Shown piece after piece: positions 1 through 14,309 of a stretch of 64,000 bases of DNA (its first letter is position 1; each line of letters starts with the position of its first letter). The position numbers and the translations under genes are program-made. The stretch comes from Camelus dromedarius (Eukaryota), in contig NC_087436.1 in the NCBI RefSeq assembly GCF_036321535.1, positions 91,328,001-91,392,000 of the forward strand, in the 5' to 3' direction. The notes beneath the pieces were generated by a model, which saw nothing but the letters and a program-made list of their open reading frames with translations, was not told the origin of the DNA and made no database searches.

Positions 1-92
1 AGTGTCATCACCAGACCATGCCAGGTCAATGTGATGCCCAAGGAACTGCCCCTCGGGCACATGGGTAAGACACAACACCACTGGATGTCCCT

Positions 93-137
93 ACACACAC
101 ACACACATGCACACACACACACACACACACACACACA
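93..137. repeat. (CA)n microsatellite, one interruption
   Basis: Direct reading. Confidence 0.95.
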
Positions 138-2287
138 GTGGAACAAGAGCTACCCAGTTCTTCCTGCAGTGTTCCACCACCCTCTGCTGTCAGTACTTAA
201 CATGCTCACTTTAAAGGAGAAAAGCTTGAAATACTTAAGAAGCTCAGTCCATTTAAACAGAGAAGGTACTGAAGGGTGAATTTGGAGCTGTAAGGCATTA
301 AATTGGTAACTGCTTTACAGAGTTCTTTTGGTGTCTTAGTAGCATTCCAAGGACAATCATGGATTTCTAGCTGATGATATTTGCCTGTTTGTACCCTTCT
401 CAGTCAAGCATGAAGCAGTGGTGATGATATACATTCTAGCTCATACCAAGATGATGGACTTATTCTGTTTATTCAGGTATATGTATGTGTGTGCCTGTGT
501 GTGGGGGGGGGTGCACAACTGGCTATTAATCCTTAGGTCTAAAATCCATTACCTGTCTCCCAAAATACAACAAATAGGAAGCCAGGGCCCTCATGTTCTA
601 GGGTTAGAATAGTAACATGGTCAAAAGAAAGAAGACAAACCTTTCAACCTAAAGTAATTCTCAAACACTGTGGAGGGAGAGAGAGATAAAGCCTGTCTTA
701 AATTTTCTTTTCTCATCTTCAGTTCATTTCCTCACATACAAACATAGTGAATCCTTTACTCCAAATACTCCTGAAATTTTCCATCTTTGACTCCAGCTCC
801 GAAAACTGTGATTCCTCTCTGACAGCATTTGTCTCTATTCAGTATTAAAGAAGTTCCAAAGAACTTAGCATTATAAGGTACATCTCTTTGTAGAGGGAAG
901 AATACAGAGGAGTCAAAAACAAGCAGCTCCTCAGTGGGTAGCAGGAGCAGAATGTCCAGTGCTGCGAACCTCATTTTGATAATTGCATCTTTATTAAGGA
1001 AGCACGAATGGTGCTTTGGGAAGGATCGGGGTACAGTGTGATGTTCCTTCTACCACACCCTTCCCCTAGTCACACCTTGGTGCACTCCCCAAAGATATTT
1101 CTTATATGTCTTTTCATCAATGTCTGCATATTGCTGCAGCATCCTAGGCGTTAGACAACGTTAGGTGTGTTCTTCTCAGACCTACTTACCCTATTGTAGG
1201 AAAAAAAAAAAGTGAATCTTTCACATCACTCTGATTATCTGCAGCCTATTAGGAAATACCCTTATATCCCTCTCTCCAATGAAACCCCAACTATTTCTTT
1301 TTTCAATAGATCCCTACATGGTAGTCAACACTTTTACATGCCACCACTTTGGGATTAAGCTATATAAGGGAGGACTCCCCTTTAAAGGTCTTTTAACCTC
1401 GTCTGCCTTACCATCTTTGCCGTTGCTTTTAAAAAGAATGTTCTCTAGCTCTTGACATGGATATTATTGACTGCATCTATGAGAGCATGCAGTCACTTAA
1501 TACCAGTTTCCCTAGGATGGTAAATAATTTAGATTCATCACTTTGATGACTCTACCTTGCTCTATACCAGCACCTCGAATGTGGGCCTTCCCTTCACTAG
1601 TGTAATACTAGATTTGGGCTCTATTATGTTTATCAGGCTATACTGAGAAAGCCCCATCTCACAAGAAAACCCATCGTACAGCTTGAAGATTTACATAACA
1701 GACAAGTGGCATTTAATTTCTGACCTTCTGTGTTCTTTGAAACTGCTACAATAGCCATTAAGTAAGCTAGTTAGAATTTATCTTTTAGCTTAGATGAAAA
1801 TTGGATAAAATTCTGAACTCATCTTCAATCCAAAAGCAAGGTTGAAGTCCCAAAATCAAAAAATGGGTAGTAAAGTCAGTGGAATAACTCATGGTTACAT
1901 TTTGTGCACCATATGTGCTGCTTTAACCTGCAGATGTAAAAACTTTGTGCGTTCTTTCAACATGAGTACAAAAACCCAGTCTTACAACTTTTTGGACCTC
2001 TCATATCATTTTGTACTGATTAATTTTGGTTACATAAACACTCAAATAATAGTTTTCACTTACAGAAAATAAAGGACTTAAACTTTTTATATCCATAAAT
2101 TATACATTGTTGTGGTATGACTCTTACAGATAATTTGCCTTTGGTAAAATGTTTAAATTATCCTAGCTGTTCTCACAGATATAGGTCATTCTTTGAAACA
2201 GTGATTATAAATTTTATTTCTATGCAGATATAGTAACCAAAAATTATCTTTAACAGTGACTACCATGACAAATATTTAATAATAAAG

Positions 2288-2731
2288 TGACAGGTCTCCT
2301 AGGGCTGCCATAACAAATTAACATAGCTGGGTAGCTTAAAACAACAGAAATTTATTCTTTCACAGGTCTGGACTCTCAAAGTCTGAAATCAAGAAGCCAT
2401 GCTCTATCTGAGCCTCTGGGTAGAATCCCCCCTCAGCTCTTCCTAGCTTCTGGTGGTGGCTTTCAATCTTTGGCATTCCTTGACTTGTAGCTCTTGTGAC
2501 TCCAGTCTGCCTCTATCTTCACATGTCATTTTCCCCTCTGTGTCTCTGCCCAAATTTCCTCCATCATATAAGGACACCCGTCATTGGATTAGAACTCATC
2601 CTAATCTAATATGACCCCATCTTAACTCGATTACATTGGCAGAGACCCTAGTTCCAAATAAGGTCACATTCAACATACAGAGAATTAAGACATGAACATA
2701 TATTTTTGAGTACACAGCTCAGCCCACAACA
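2288..2731 (-). mobile_element. MaLR solo LTR (MLT1B/C-like)
   Basis: Typical MLT1 reverse-strand motifs: agggctgccataacaaa..cttaaaacaacagaaatttattct..., ccaaataaggtcacattc, cagcccacaaca terminus. Confidence 0.85.
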
Positions 2732-5700
2732 CAAAGCAACTGGAAATTGGTATTTATTAGTTGATTCTTTACTTCATAGCATCATTTCTCTTTACTTAAA
2801 ATGGTCAAAATGTAATTTGCAACATTTTAAAGAAATTTGTCTATATAAGTTAATTACAAAAATTGTGGCTTGAGCATGAAGTCAGAAATAAAATTGAAAT
2901 TCATTATAGTGTAACATTATTCATTAAGGAGTTTTTAAAATGTGGTTCCTTTATAATGCTTTTTGAAGTGGCTGAGTAGAACTTGTGCTAGGCTTATGGA
3001 GGGGTGATATGTCAAAAAAGCACAAGGCTGTGTCCTACAGTATGAAACACTGAACCACGGCACTGCGAATAGAAGAGAATGAAATGGCTTGTCTGGGGCA
3101 CTTAGGAAAACACAATTGCAGTGTTATGAAAATCAGTGGCCACAGGGCTCTGGTTTTATGAAGCAGAGAAGAATTCTATAATCATTATTTAGCTCAGAAT
3201 CTCACTTAATGTTGTGTATCTTTAACTCTTATTTCATGAAGCTGCACTGACCCAGGAAGAGTGGGAGATAGTACTTGAGGAAGGAATGTTGAAAAGACCC
3301 TTGACTTGGTAACAATAACCAAATACAGATACTATGGCACTCCATATTTCTTATCTTTCGAAACTAGTTTGAATGGTGCTTACACACTTCTGTGTCGGTG
3401 CTAATGTTTCATTGTTGCTTGCACAAATATTCCTCTTCTAGCAAGTGAAGATTTCTTGCAGGTCAGTTTAACAATCCCTAAGCTTTCCCAGTCCCACCCT
3501 TAACTTTGGGACAGGGGACATATTTCTGGTTTTGTATTCTAAGAAAGACATTCTACTCTTCATGTTTGTGGGTTCTTTCCTCTCAAGAAAACTAGACAGC
3601 TTAATATTGGTCCACTAGTTTCCAAAAAACCCTTTTGTATTATATAATTCTAGATTCATAAAATCTTTGTATAACATTAATGAAGCATTACAAATTAAGA
3701 AGGTAATCATATTCTAAAGCAGATCTGAACTAAAATTCATGATCAATTCCATGCAACATTTTTTGTTACTTCTCTAAAGAATTCTGAATTAAAGAATTAA
3801 TTTATTGACCTCCTAATTAAATATCATGATCAGAATATAGAAGTGTTAAATTTACCTGTCCTTAGTTTTCAATTAAAATTAATGAAGTGTTTCCATATAA
3901 AAAATTATAAACTATTTAAAATAATGTTATTAAAATTTAAATAAGTGAAGATTATTTTATTTAAATTGAATTACCACTTATCTACATTTTTAATTGAAAA
4001 AATTCTTAAAATAATTTTATTTCTGAGTTATGATGTTTTATTCTTTTATTTTATAAATAGTTCTTTACAGATTTAGTTTTAGACTGGTACAATACTAAGC
4101 TATGAAGCATTGCTCATATTACTATATATCTATAGGTCATTAATATGCATATTTCCCTTTTAAGCAGAATTGTTATGAAGAGCACTGAATTTTTGTATAC
4201 TTGAGATACGGACTAAAACAGAAAGAGAAGGAGAAACAGTAAAGAAAGCAGGAGCTAAAATGTTACATAGATTACATTGATTCATAAACAGTCAATGTAC
4301 AAGCGTTAGTGCTTAGAATTTAAATATTCACTTAGATATTCGAAAGATAAAGGGATAAAGGTTTGAGGACAGGGTTTTTTTGCCTGGCATCAGAGATTTT
4401 CCATTCTAGATATGGAGACAAAACTGATACACATTAAAAATAAATGAACTATATACATGAGTATAAAGTAAGTGGTGATGAATAGAGTAGTTCATATTAT
4501 ACTTCACTTTGAATTCAAAGGAGCCAATAATAATGGACTTCATCCATGAGAGTCAGTTGTAATATTATAACAAATGGAGTAAGTACTGGAATTAAAACTA
4601 GAAATTATAAATTATGAGGCTGTCTCTGCCACTTTTTAACCCATGTTGCTTTGGAAAAATAGCATAATCTTTCCAACTTTTCATTTTCTTATCTGTAAGT
4701 TAAAGTATTCATTTTTTTTTTTTACAGCAGCAAAAACTATACAGTCTGAAGAATAATCTACATACAAGTAGATCATTGATAAACTACCATAAATAATATT
4801 TAAAGACTCTTGAGCATTCAGGGAAATCTGAAAGGACCAGAAAAAGAAGAAATAGGAACAGGAGAAAGTGTGGAGAAGAGAATTTGAAGAGTGCCCCCAA
4901 GCCAAGTGTAGCTAAGGCCTGTGTGGGAGCAAACATCAGGGAAGGAGCTGAGATAGCTGAGCTCAGTAAGAAAGCTAAGCCTGCAGTGTCACAAGGTGGA
5001 GAAGCCAACCTGACATTTGGTTTTAGTTTAGGACTACTGAAGTGAGGAGTTTCACTTTGGTGTCAGTCTTGACCCAAGCAGAAGGATATCCAAATCTTCT
5101 TTACAAGTAAGTAATCTTAAATCCTATTAAAAAAAATAAATTTAATTAATTAATTAATTAATTAAATTTAAATCCTAAGGATTCTCATTTATTAACCTGA
5201 ACTAAATATGTGGCCATGATTTTAAAAAAAAAATAGCTAACTTTTAGTTATATTAATCACCATGAGTGAGAATTACTGTAAAAAAAATAAATTTAATGCA
5301 TACATGCTTAACATTTGCTTATTATTAAATTCAGAAGACAAGCTAAATATGCATAAGTAAAGCATGAAATTTAAAATAAAAAATCGGGAAAGATAAGAAA
5401 TTAACAAAAACTTGTTGGCAAAGAACAAAATATAACAGAACGAAGTATAATGATTGGAAACAAAATTAAAGTATAACTTTTAGAAATCAAAGTAAAACTT
5501 CTAAAAATCAAAAACATTAATCATTGACAAGAAAGACTTAATATATAAATTATATATAGCAATTTAGACACACATGAAAAGAGAACTCATGAAAGTGAAA
5601 ATAGAGCTGAAAAAATGGCTCACAATGTAGTTTCTAAGAAAAGAGGAGATTTAAATTATGAAAGTTTAATAGACATGGAACATAGAAAGAGAAGTTCCAT

Positions 5701-5879
5701 TGGTAGAAAAAGTCAGAGAGAGACAATACTTGAAAGACAATGTTAGTATTTATTTTTAAGTAAACCAAATCTATGAGTTCACCAGTACAAAGTTCACAAG
5801 TTATATCAAGTAGAATAAACAAAAATAAACTGGCACCTGTCATATTGCAGAGAAATTGCAAAACAAACAAAAAGAAAAA

Positions 5880-5975
5880 AAAGGGAGGAAGATAGGAGAG
5901 AGAGAGAGAGAGGAAGGAAGAAGAGGAAGAGGAAAGGAGAGGAAGGAAGGGAGAAATAAAGGAAGGAAGGAATAA
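5880..5975. repeat. (GA)n/(GGAA)n polypurine low-complexity tract
   Basis: Direct reading. Confidence 0.9.
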
Positions 5976-6024
5976 ATGAGGCAAAGAGAAAATGAAACTA
6001 TCCTCATAACAGGCAAACAGCGAC

Positions 6025-6210
6025 AATGCAGGCTTTTTCTGAAAAGGACCAGAGAGCAAATATTTTAGGCTTTGTGTGCCATGTAGGATTACTGTCTCAT
6101 ATTGCTCTTTTTTCATCTTTTAAAAATATTAAAAAAAAGAAAATTCTTAGCTTGAGAGCCATGTAAGAACAAGACACAGGCCATGAGGTGTAGTATCCCC
6201 GTCTCTGCTA
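6025..6210 (+). mobile_element. MER58-like hAT-Charlie DNA transposon
   Basis: ttttctgaaaaggaccagagagcaaatattttaggctttgtgtgcca resembles the MER58 consensus start. Confidence 0.7.
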
Positions 6211-6719
6211 AAAGGACCTACAGACAAAAGAATGATCAGCTAAATGACAACAGACTTCTCCACAGCTATAGGAAGTCAGAAAACATTGGACACATATCTT
6301 TAAATTGCTAAGAAAAATGTACACTCCACTTAGATGTATGTACTCAGCAATATTATCTTTTAGGAATAAACATAAATTTTTAAAAATACATGAGTAAAAG
6401 CATAATTTACTATCAACAGATCCTCAAAAACATTTTATAAAAGAAATATTTCAAGAAGAATCTAGCAGAAAAGCTCAAAAACGTAGAAATTAACCTATAC
6501 CGAAAATTATATGTTTTCCCAATATAATAATGATAGTGTCTAAATAGTGGAATTACAAAAACTTTAAGGTAAAACAGAATACTGGCCAAGAAATAGCATG
6601 TAACTAGAGAGGCTGATGGTCAGAGTTCAAATATTCTAGTTTCTTTTTTCCAAGAGGGTGGCCAAAATATTGATTACCCCATTGATTAATTTAGGCTTGA
6701 GGTCTAAAAATATTGAATT

Positions 6720-6950
6720 GGGATAGTTTAGGAGTTTGGGATTAAGAGCTACACATTACTATATATAAAATAGATAAGAAACAAGGCCTACTGTATAGCA
6801 CAGGGAGCTATATTTAATTTCTTATAATGTGACATAATAAAAAAGAAACTGAAAAAATATATGTGTATGTATGTATGTATGTATATGTATAACTGAATTG
6901 CTTTGCTGTATACCTGAAACTAACATTGTAAATTGACAACACTTCAGAAA
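6720..6950 (+). mobile_element. L1 3'-end fragment (artiodactyl-type)
   Basis: ggagtttgggatt..tatataaaatagataa..aacaaggcctactgtatagcacaggg..tacctgaaactaacattgtaaat; homologous to 29373-29626. Confidence 0.85.
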
Positions 6951-8308
6951 ATATGTTTTTCCGTAGTAAGTTTTCATTTCCACTAAGTCTCAAATTAGTT
7001 AAGGAAAACTATGAATCTGATAAAGACGTGTCTGCCTCTAGATGACTGGCGAGCTGTGTCTCTGCTGCAGTGCAACTTGCCCACCTGCCTGGTCCTGCTG
7101 TCACTTCAGTTGATGGTGACACTGCCTCTCTGCCCACATCCAGAGAGCAAGCTTTCCTCTCTTTAAACTCCAAGTGGAAGCTCTCCTGGAACTGAACTGC
7201 TGAGAGTCTGGCTGCAGTCCCAGCCTCCAAGCATATCTTAAAAGACAAAAAGTGGTCCCTCTCCTCCCTGTCTTCCAGTCTCCATATTACCACAAGAAAT
7301 TTGTAAATTTATCCTCTACTTGAATATATCTCCTCCTTCTAGCATTTGTTTATCAGATTTAATCAAAACCCTATGGTGATTTTTTAGTAACAGTTTTTTT
7401 TCTATATGATTATCAAAACAAACAGTAGATAGGTGCTCTTTGAGGCAGATAATAGTAATGAAATATCAGTAAAAAACCACTTATTTTTATGGCCAACTCC
7501 TTCGTAATTTCCTAGTCACTTACATATATATTCTCATTTGATAAGACTTTTTTCTTGGTTATTTTATAAAAGCATTTTCCAGACTACCTTTTTCTTGCTT
7601 TCAAACAAAACTACTGTGACTAATAGGGGGTAAATGTATAAGATAAAGAAAAATGCCTCAGCATTGTTTCACTGCCACCGGTACACCCAGAGGGTTAGGG
7701 AACTGGAAAGGCTCATTACAGGGGTCATCTGACGTTCCAAAATGCCTTTTAAAAAATGTGGTATGAACAGATAACATGAGACATACTGTCTCAGCAAAGG
7801 TGTACAGTAGATATGAGTAACTACAATCACAGTGTTGTACAGTAGATCTCTAGAACTTAGTCCTCTTATATGACTGAAATTTTATACCTACAGCAACTCC
7901 CCATTCCCCAGACTTAAAGGGTTCAGATTCACTGAAGATGCTTTAAAAGAATTATGAAGCAAAGAGAAGAGATAACTGCTATCTGATTGTTGTAATATTT
8001 ACACAATGCTGAGAAATAAATATATGTTGGGCATTCAGATAGATCTCAAATTGAGCTTGGAGAGGTTAACTTGCCTTCTGGTCTTTCTGTTTTTACTGCT
8101 TTCAACTCTTAAGAATTAGTTAGAACTGCGTCGTCTCCGTTGGTCTCTTGTTGTAATTCTTCTGTAGCCATCCAGCTTTACATTTTCACTGCCCAGTCTG
8201 TCCAGGCTCTTTAATGTGCCTCTGCTCATACATTTATTTTTGTTTTTTGCTTTTCATTCATAATCTTATGTTTTTATTTTATATAACGTGAAAGAAAGAG
8301 AAATGACT

Positions 8309-8310
<2 letters not shown>

Positions 8311-8342
<32 letters not shown>
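8311..8342. repeat. Poly(T)32
   Basis: Direct reading. Confidence 0.95.
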
Positions 8343-8345
<3 letters not shown>

Positions 8346-10339
8346 AAAGTCTGTTAAATAAGATGTTTACTGGCTTGAAGAGTGAACTCAAAGAGATGGG
8401 AATCATATTTGAACCTGATATTCCTCAGTGAGTATCTTGTCTTTGAACAGGAATTCTGAATCTCATATTCTTTTATTAAGTTCTCTGGCCCATCACGTCT
8501 CTTTTCTGTTTCTCATTGCCAGAGAAGCCATTTTAAAGCAAGCCCTGCTGTGTATGCATAATAAAAACCCTTCAGAAAAAACTCATTTTATCAGATCATT
8601 AAATATCATTGCTTGTGAGGGGGTAAAAAAATCCAAGTTTCCAGAACAAACACATTTTTATCCTTTTGTTTTAATTTTTATATTAGGACACTTAAACAGA
8701 AATTGCATGCTGTTTTTAAAATAGCAAACCCTCAAACAGAATCCACATGCAAAGGAACTGAATGCCTCTTAATAAACAAGCAAACAAATAAACCTTCCTA
8801 TACTCCCTAGAGACTTAGATAGTGGATTAAAGATGGACCTTCAACTGATTTGGAATGTCCTGTCTTGACATCAGTCATCAAATCTGAGCTGACAAACACT
8901 GTAGAAATAAACATATCCTCCCTAGTCTTATCTCTGATTCCTAATGTGATGATAAAGTCTTTGCTTTCTTCAGTAGTTGTGGTATTTATAATTGGGAGAG
9001 ATTCCGGTTGAGTTTTATGAGGACAAATGAATGAAAAGGCAGGACAGTGGATCAGTGAAAGTTGAGAGGTACAGGCTTCAATAACTGCATCCCAATTATT
9101 CCACTCCTAGACAAGATCTTTTTTCTTTTCGGATGAAAAATTTGCATACATCATACTTTTGGAGCATATCAAACTTCTGATTTAGGGTTATTTTTCAGTT
9201 TTCAATAAACAGTAATTCTATCTTGTAGCCTGATACGATGATCCTAATTAGGGAATGCACCATTTTATGGAAGTAGTGATGGGTGGTGGAGGTGCAGATT
9301 CAAAGGCTGCTCATTAAGATGCATTCTGGTGGTGGTGCAGTTCTCTGAAGGTCCCTGTGGCCCTGCTCCCAGGTAATTACTTCCCCTGCTCGCTGGTGCC
9401 AAGAAACACGGGGCAAATATGTGATGACACCAGTTGGTACTGATTCAGTAAAACTGTTGTAAAAACAGTTAGCAATAGTGCCTTTGGTTAAGCACTGAAT
9501 GTAATGACTGTATGACAATTATGGCAATGATCAGAAACTGTTTTCACAGAAGAATTAGTGAATATCACAGGGATATTTGCTGGGGTGACTGAGAAATTTT
9601 CTGCCTAAGAAAGCTAAGTGGAGCCTCTTCTTAAAGACTATGTTCACCTTTTATACTCAAAGAGTAAAACTTTGTAATGGACATAGGACTTCTTAACCTA
9701 TCACGGTTTCCTGGGGGCTTCCTTCAATACTGGTCTCTTGAATGCCACTTCTGATGTCACCAAACAGGTCAACAGTGATCATCTCAGCCTGGTCTTTCTA
9801 CCTCTGATTCTCATCCCTGCTTCCTCTGCCTGTGTTCATACTGCTAGCAACTCAGCAGAAAGCCATTCTCCAAGTTTGGTGAACCTAATAAAACTCCTTA
9901 GGCAAAGCAACTTCATTCTTCATCACTATGCTAGGTTTCCTGTAGCAAGCAGTGGGTGTTTGGTTTCCACTACACAGGAGTTTTAATATATCATGTTCAG
10001 TGCTGATGGAGCAGTTGACGTAAGTGGCACGTGCAGACAGTTTTACCCCCTCCACAGAACTAAAGAAATACACATTTGTTTAAAAAACATTAACTGTACG
10101 TGTTGAAATGTATTTGGTGAGAAAACAATTTTGTATTCCAGTAACATAGGACAGAGGAGAAGGATGTGGGAGGACTTCTCAGTCAGGATGAGAATCAGGT
10201 AGACAGAAGTGGAGGTGGATTACTACTTGAAATAGGGTAGTCAGGGTCAAACCCACTGAAAAGATGATATTGATCAAGTATGTGAAAGAGATTATATAAC
10301 GTGAGGCATCTTTCATATCGTACTTCATCATTTGCAGTG

Positions 10340-10880
10340 CATTTAAATAATTAATGAGTTACATAGTGAACAATATTTATTGAGTGCTTACTGAGTGCAA
10401 GACCAAAGCACTTTGTAAAAGACAATTTTAATCTCTAGTTTACATATAAGGAATCCAACACACGGAGAGTTCAAGTAACTTGTTCAAGGTTGCACAGCTG
10501 TGAGGTGACAACACAGGTATTAGAATCCAGTCCCCTGACATCCCCAAGTATCAGATTTCTCATGAAGTGTAGGCATGAATATTCTACCTCACAGAGTTGT
10601 AAAGCACAGCTCTTAGGAGAGGACCGTTTTGGGTGATCATTATTGTTATTTTTATCTTCAAAGTCTTAGAATAATAATGTAAGCCTACGATGTGAAAAGT
10701 GCTTTACCTGAATAGCACATCTGTGTAATCTTACAACAGCCCTTCACAGATGGAAAGAATCCATAGGGAGATGTTTGAGTAACTTCCTTAGGGTCACCTG
10801 TAGCTAAGATGTGGTTAAGTGTGAGCTTGGACCCAAGCCCGTCTGTCTGATAGCCTGAGCTTGTGGCACCCAGTCCAGAC
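10340..10880. mobile_element. Cluster of MIR SINE fragments
   Basis: atttattgagtgcttact, aagtaacttgttcaaggttgcacagct and gagtaacttccttagggtcac are MIR core motifs. Confidence 0.65.
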
Positions 10881-13800
10881 ACAATTCCTTCTCAGTTAGA
10901 AGCTATCAGTCTATCTGAGGATGAATGGATGAGAAATGGGAGTGGCCTCTGTCCACCAGGGCAAGTCTGACCAAGGACCACCATGCTGCAGTGTTTGGGT
11001 CGCGGCATAGAGAGTGTTCCTTCCCTGTCATCAATCCACGTGAGGCCCTAGACAGAGACCTCAATAACCTGGGTACTGAATGTGGAACAGTTTCATCTTG
11101 ACTGCCTGCAGCGGTGGACACTGCACACATGCTGTGGGCTTGTGGCTGGAGGCAGTTTTGAGTCTAGGGGATGGAACTAGGCCTTGCCAGTCAGAAACAC
11201 TGTGCCCTCAGTCCCCATATTCTGCTGGGATGTTTGTAATATTTAGCAGTGAAAGGAATCACTCATAATGTTTTTAGCCATTGAAGCAATAATGAATTGT
11301 GGTCCAAAATTGATGGAGTTCCTTCTTGAAGGTCCCTCTGCCAGTGGCTGGCAGAACTGAGACTTGAAGCCATGTCTCCTCACCTGCTCTTTTAAGTAAT
11401 GCAAATATACTCATTGTGAGTAATGCAAGCATAGTCATTGTAAATTTAAAATTTTAAGCATATAAGGAAAGCTCCCCTTCACTGCTCCCAGTACCAGGCT
11501 CTTCTCCCTGGAGAAACTACCCTTATTAGACTGGTATGTTTCCTCTTAGCTTTTTACTGTTTTTTGTTTGTTTGTTTGTTTTTGTGTTTTGTTTTGGATT
11601 TGATTACTTCCAGGAAAGATACATTTTGTTTTGCTCATCTATGCATGAAGTTTAGAGATGTCAGGCCCCCATGAGGGGTGTGTGTGTGGGGGGTATGGGA
11701 GGGTGTCTGTAATTGCTCAGTTCTGCCTATAACCTGATAAGTAAGTTTAATTCTGGGGTGCAGTGATAGCAAAATGGTTAGGCTCCTACACTTAATACTA
11801 TGTCTTCCAATGATTTTATTATTAATAAATGTGATCTTTTGATCTCCATCAGCCAGAAAACTTGGTTTCTCTGATTGGGTCAGAATACATTCTATATGTT
11901 GAGAGTTATTTCCTTATTTGGTCACTAGCCTTCAATTTTGTGTTGGAACCTTTTATCTTATAGAAATGTTATATTTTGTAGAAATTTTGTATTTTATAGA
12001 AATTTCATATTTTATAAATCAAATCTATCATACTTTATTGATTCTGAGTTTTATGAGTTGTATTAACCAATATAAAATCATTTTCAAGAAGTATATATTT
12101 TCTTTGAGTATATTAATAGCTTTTTATATTTGTTTATTTAATTCATCTAGTGTTTACTTAGAATACATATATAATGTGAGGTGTAAATATTTTTCCGAAT
12201 AGATAGCCTTAACACAATTCATTGAATAGTCTGCATTCTTTCCCCACTGAATTGAAACACCAATTGTATATAGACCATGGTTTGGTTTTTGCACTTTCCA
12301 TTGCATTTAATTGACACAATTTGTCACACTGTCAAAATCATGGTAAAGTTTTAAAGTATAGTTTGATATATAGGAAGGCAAGTTCTTCATATTTTTTGGA
12401 CATCTCAAAATATTGTAGGTTATTCTTGTATATATAATTTTCCAAGTTATTTTAATGTAAGTTTGACAAGTTACATAAAATACTGAGATTTGTATTGACC
12501 TTGCATTGTATTTATACATTTATTTTAGAATAATTATCTCTACAATATATTCTAGTAGGTGTTTCTCTCCATTTATTCAGTTTCTCTAGGTCACTCAATG
12601 AAGTCCAATAATCCCAAAGTTTTATGCTTTTCTTCATATACCTCTTGTTGAACTTATCCAGTTATTCTGAAATTTGTGTTGCTACACTGAATGCGATCTA
12701 TTTCCTATAATACGTTTTAAAAGTTAGCATTGCTAATACAGAGGAAAGCAGTTGATTTTTGTGTGTTAATCTTCTATCCAGCCTCCTTTTGAAACAGTTT
12801 TTAAGAGTTTTTCAGCTGTCCTAGATCATATCAGATCACCCAAAATAAGGATTTTTTTAAATCCCATTCCAATATTTCTACTTAATTTTCCTTACTTTTT
12901 ATTTTATTGACCGTATCCTTCAGTAAAAAAATTGAATGGAAGTAATAATAGCAGGTGCTTTGGGCTTAATTTTGACTTTCATAGAAATAGTTTTGATACC
13001 TCACTATCAAATTAAGAAATTGATTTTCTTCCAATATCTAGGTTTGCCATTTAAAAATTAATCAAGTGTGGGTGTTGTATTCTATCTAATGTTTCTTTAT
13101 ATGTTTTGTGATGATTATATTATTTCCTCATTTTACCTTATAATGTATTATATAGTTTGTGGTGATGAATTGTCTCTCATTTTTAAAATAAATATTACTT
13201 GGTCATGATACATTATCCTTCTGATACATTTTTGGATTAAAGTTCTATACATTTTATTTAGGATTTTTACATCTGGGTTCAGAAAGCAGATAACCTCACA
13301 ATATTCTTTACCTGTGTATTTTTTTCTGGGTTTAAGATCAGAGTTATCGATGCTACAAAATTGATTAGGAAACTTTTCTTATTTTCTATTGTTTGGATCA
13401 GTTTGTGTAACATAGATCTTATTTCCTCAGAGGTTTTTTTGCTATAAAACATTTGCATATGCTTCCTTGTTAGGATTAGATCTTGAACTTATTTCCTTTT
13501 AAAAAAATTATTTATATACATCTGCTCATGTTTTCTATTTTTCAGTAATTCAGAATTGGTAATTTATGTATATATATATTTATTTTAGAACATTAAGATT
13601 TTTTGATATAAGTTTTAAAATAGTATATTTTTATCACTTTAAATTCTCTCTGATTCTCTATTTATTCTCACTTCCTTGGAATTAATGATCATCATTATCA
13701 TGATAAATGATTCAGTTTTCTCATATATTCCCTACAGATAATAAATGATTCTCTGTTTTCTTTTTATCAGATATACCACAAGATTGTCTATTTTTAAGTC

Positions 13801-14309
13801 ATCTTTCATTGTATTTATTTTCTACAGATTTTTGTTTCCTTCTTTGTTACTTTCTGTCTGTCTTCTGTATTAAGCTCCTATTCATTTTGGGTTATTTTGC
13901 TATATTCCAGTCCCTTGAGTTGTATGCTCAGTTCATTTATGTGTATTCTTTTTTAAATTTTTATATTAAATCTATTTAAGGATGCATTGTTTTTTACTCT
14001 GAGAATCACTTTGGGTGATATGTGGCATTTTAGTATTTAGTAGCCTAATTAGCTTACATTTTAACATAAATTGGTTAAAGTCTTTTATTGATCTAAGTTT
14101 CATGACCCAGTGCCAAATGAAAAAAAAGGAGCCACTGGAGGTTCTAAAATATAAAACTTTTTCCTTTCTTCTGTGGTCACTCTCACAACTTGTCATTGAT
14201 GTTTTTATTTGCTATTAAATGCTGGCCTAAATAAAGAAAATGTTAAGTTTTAAATTATTAGCATGAATTTTATTGTTTATATTGTGCAATTGCAATTTTA
14301 GATGTGAAT

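Larger units (their letters stand above)
5330..6700 (+). mobile_element. Old degraded L1 (ORF1 region), interrupted by a purine-rich microsatellite and a MER58
   Basis: Strongly A-rich with L1 ORF1-like remnants (acaacagacttctccacagc, aattatcttttaggaataaa-like). Confidence 0.5.

Noticed and set aside
5634..6116. 160-aa minus-strand hydrophobic ORF
   Set aside because: Antisense read-through of A-rich L1, the (GA)n tract and MER58; low complexity.
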